NCBI GenBank assembly: GCA_977020255.1
Contig: CDROCS010003983.1
Coordinates: 62,001 to 126,000, forward strand
DNA: 64,000 nucleotides
Reading direction: 5' to 3'
Origin: Obrimoposthia wandeli
Taxonomy: Eukaryota
Shown: positions 61,381 to 64,000 of the stretch, in pieces
Position numbering within the stretch: the stretch's first letter is position 1
Layout of the letters: each line of letters begins with the position of its first letter
Translations under genes and position numbers: made by a program
Notes under the pieces: generated by a model
Told to the model about the DNA's origin: nothing
Seen by the model: the letters and a program-made list of their open reading frames with translations, nothing else
Databases searched by the model: none

Positions 61381-61739
61381 TCTACATGTGAATCATGTCA
61401 TTTATGAAAAAAACAATGCCCAGTGGAGTTGAACCAAAATGGAGACAGGGTGATACATTACGCAAATGATAACAAGTTGATGATAAAGAAGAATGCTCAT
61501 ATTAAACATCTTATTAAATCATTGCTTCATCAATGTAAAGTAGTCTATGAATCATTAAGAAAATAGGCCAAAGCAGTAAAGAGGAAACCGGTAAAAGGGA
61601 AACCATTAAAAAAGAAGAAACCTGTTAAGAAAACAGTTAAGAAGTCGGTTAAAAAGTCCTTTAAAAAGCGTGTAAATAAACTAGTTGGTAAATATATTAA
61701 ACTATAAACAATATTGTAATAGTTTAATTCATTAAATAT

Positions 61740-62050
61740 AATATCAAAATCTATACTTCTCTACTTTCAGGCTTTAATCAAGGCTCCAAACACATATAGA
61801 TAACGTATTCTCAAGTAATTTCCACCCTTCGTTATTGATAAGTTTTTTGAAGTGTTGTTTAATATTACAAAAGGTACTGTATAAACAGTAATCATAAACA
61901 AAACCTAAGAAAAAATCAAAAGGTTTTACTTGATTTAGTGAATACTAAATGCAAAACTGGTAAACGTAGAGTAATTCTAGAATAAAAAAGGTGGTTTTAT
62001 CGGTGCATTAATAGCGATAATTGCTACTTTATTATCTCCTTTGATTACAA
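61740..62050 (+). pseudogene. Polinton A1 small KxGGF protein
   Basis: ...KKGGFIGALIAIIATLLSPLI; homologous to 42536-42883. Confidence 0.6.
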
Positions 62051-62118
62051 AATGGACACAATCATAAACAAAATGGGTAACACTTTATCAAACAGCGATT
62101 TGAAATTTACTTGTTGTA

Positions 62119-62321
62119 ATGGAAACGATATGGTACAATCCCGAAAACCCAGCTGGGTACAGCGGTATTGGCAAACTATCATCAAAAAGTCATACGAGTC
62201 AAAAGAAAAATCAAATTTATGGCAGGCCGATTTGATGGAATTGATACCATATGCAAGTATCAATGATGGTAACAAGTATATTTTAACATGTATTTATGTG
62301 TTTACAAGGTATGCGCGTGCA
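62119..62321 (+). pseudogene. Polinton A1 integrase, 5' part, cut by the B insertion
   Basis: METIWYNPENPAGYSGIGKL...WQADLMEL...YILTCIYVFTRYARA then the AGTAG terminus. Confidence 0.9.
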
Positions 62322-64000
62322 AGTAGATAGATGTGTCCAGTTCCAGCCACCCACCCTAGCGAAAACTCAAAAATATTTTAAAATTTGTGCGAAATTTTTT
62401 GAAATATGTGCGAAATTTTCCAAAAAGAAAAAAAAATTATGTCAGATGTAGGTCAAGGTCAAATTTCTCCCGAGTACACATGATATTTTAAGGTCAAGGT
62501 CATTATGTACTATAAAACGTCTATTTTCAGCAACATTTGTTTAAATGCACCAATTTTGAATTTGCGCATTTTCAAATTTCGGTTTATTTAGGCTGTTTTC
62601 ACTCGATTTCTGAAGCTCATTCTCAATTAAGGTTATAATTTTTAAAATGGCATATAATTTAACATAATAAAAAATGACCTACTATTTAAAAATTTTCTTT
62701 TGTTTCAATACATAAATTTTGATGCGCGCAAATTTAAAATTCAAAACTTTTGTACGAGAAGACACGAGCACAGCTTAAGGTCACGATGAGCTCAAGTTTA
62801 TTACGAGGTTATGAGTCCATGTGCTCACCATGAGCCCAAGGTTATCGTCGAGGTCTAAGTCATGAGCTCATATGCCGACTATGAGCCCAAGATTATTATA
62901 AGATTTTGAGCCCATGTGCTCACCATGAGCCCAAGGTTATTGTCAAGGTCTAGGTTATGAGCTCATGTGCTCACCATGAGCCCAAGGTTATCATAAGGTT
63001 CATGAGCCCATGTGCTCACTATGAGCTCATTTCATGAAAGACATACATCTAACTACATCACATCATCTTAAAGGATTATTATTAATCGATTATAAATTGA
63101 TGATTATTAAAATAATGTTTGAAAAACACAATAGAAGGACAATAATCAATAGATATTTGTTCTTCATGGTGTTTTTCAAACATATATATTGAAATTAAAT
63201 CAATAAAAAATAAATCTTACTCGAGATTGGAAGCAGCAGCATAAAAATATAAATATAAATAAAAAATTGACCCGAATACTGCAGTTAAATCCAATTCAGA
63301 AGTAGAGTGATGCGATCAACTGATAGCATTAACCGCACACATACGTCAATACAAGGCAGAGAAAATCTCTGCCTTGTATTGAAGTGTACAGTAGGGAAGA
63401 GAAAAGCACACACTCACACAGATGTGATTTACATATAATTACAAATAATTACACTTATTTGCAACCTTTGTACACATGATGTGCTTTGTCCTTCGTGAAT
63501 TATTTCTTTCACATGTTGAGGACATGAGTCTTACAGGACAATGACTATGAGCACATGGTTACTCACTCTTGATGGATCTTCTTTGAGCAGGTTATTTGAG
63601 CTGCTTCTTAGGGGAAGTTATTTGAGTTGCTTCTTTTAATTAAGTTCTTTGACTTGCTTCTCTTAAGGAAATTCTCTGAGTTGCTTCTTTTTAGATACTT
63701 ATTATTGCTGATTCTTCGAGTTACTACTTTGAGCTTATTCTTTAATATGGTTATTCAAATAGGGTTCTCTGAAAGGGTCTAAAACCTTCAAGGGTAAACA
63801 ATCTATTTTTCTACTTTTCAAAGTTATATATAATAAGCTTGAGTAAAACTTAGTCTGACCTTCAAGGCTTGACTTTTAAAGGTTCAAAACCTTCAAACCT
63901 TTTTATTTTTCTACTTTTCAAAATGATATATAATAGAATTGATCTGACTTTGATTAGACCTTCAAGGGTCCAAAACCTTCGAAAATTTATTTTTTCAAAA
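62322..64000. mobile_element. Left end of Polinton B (TIR 62322-63638, then subterminal repeats; continues beyond the window)
   Basis: Starts AGTAGATAGATGTGTCCAGTTCC; inverted copy of 29983-31569. Confidence 0.9.

Overview
AT-rich eukaryotic (animal-like) genomic DNA. It holds one host gene, a 9-exon ADA3/TADA3 homologue on the + strand (5947-20870) with 35-42 nt micro-introns at its 5' end and large TE-filled introns further down. It also holds a dense, nested cluster of decayed Polinton/Maverick (adintovirus-like) elements from at least three lineages, here called A1, A2 and B. Recognisable Polinton core genes are the retroviral-type integrase, packaging ATPase, penton, PX, hexon/MCP, adenain protease and pPolB fragments; none of the elements is intact. 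About 10 kb containing the last three TADA3 exons and the start of Polinton A1 is duplicated about 36 kb downstream (13655-26741 vs 49713-60347, with different deletions). The duplication breakpoint is bridged by a young 5'-truncated RLE-type non-LTR retrotransposon (46828-49708). Other TEs are two solo-LTR-like inserts with 4-bp TSDs, Tigger/pogo, Tc1/mariner, hAT and Gypsy-type integrase remnants, and many tandem repeats. The most notable observations are: (1) a spliced, two-repeat TBP-like gene in two diverged Polinton lineages with the intron at the same codon; (2) an intact ORF resembling an IL-1/IL-18-type beta-trefoil inside the cluster; (3) a repeated family of putative OB-fold/SSB-like accessory genes; (4) every Polinton terminus in the window is inserted into another Polinton, two of them 21 bp apart in the integrase gene. 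All protein assignments are by-eye motif recognition; no database searches were run.
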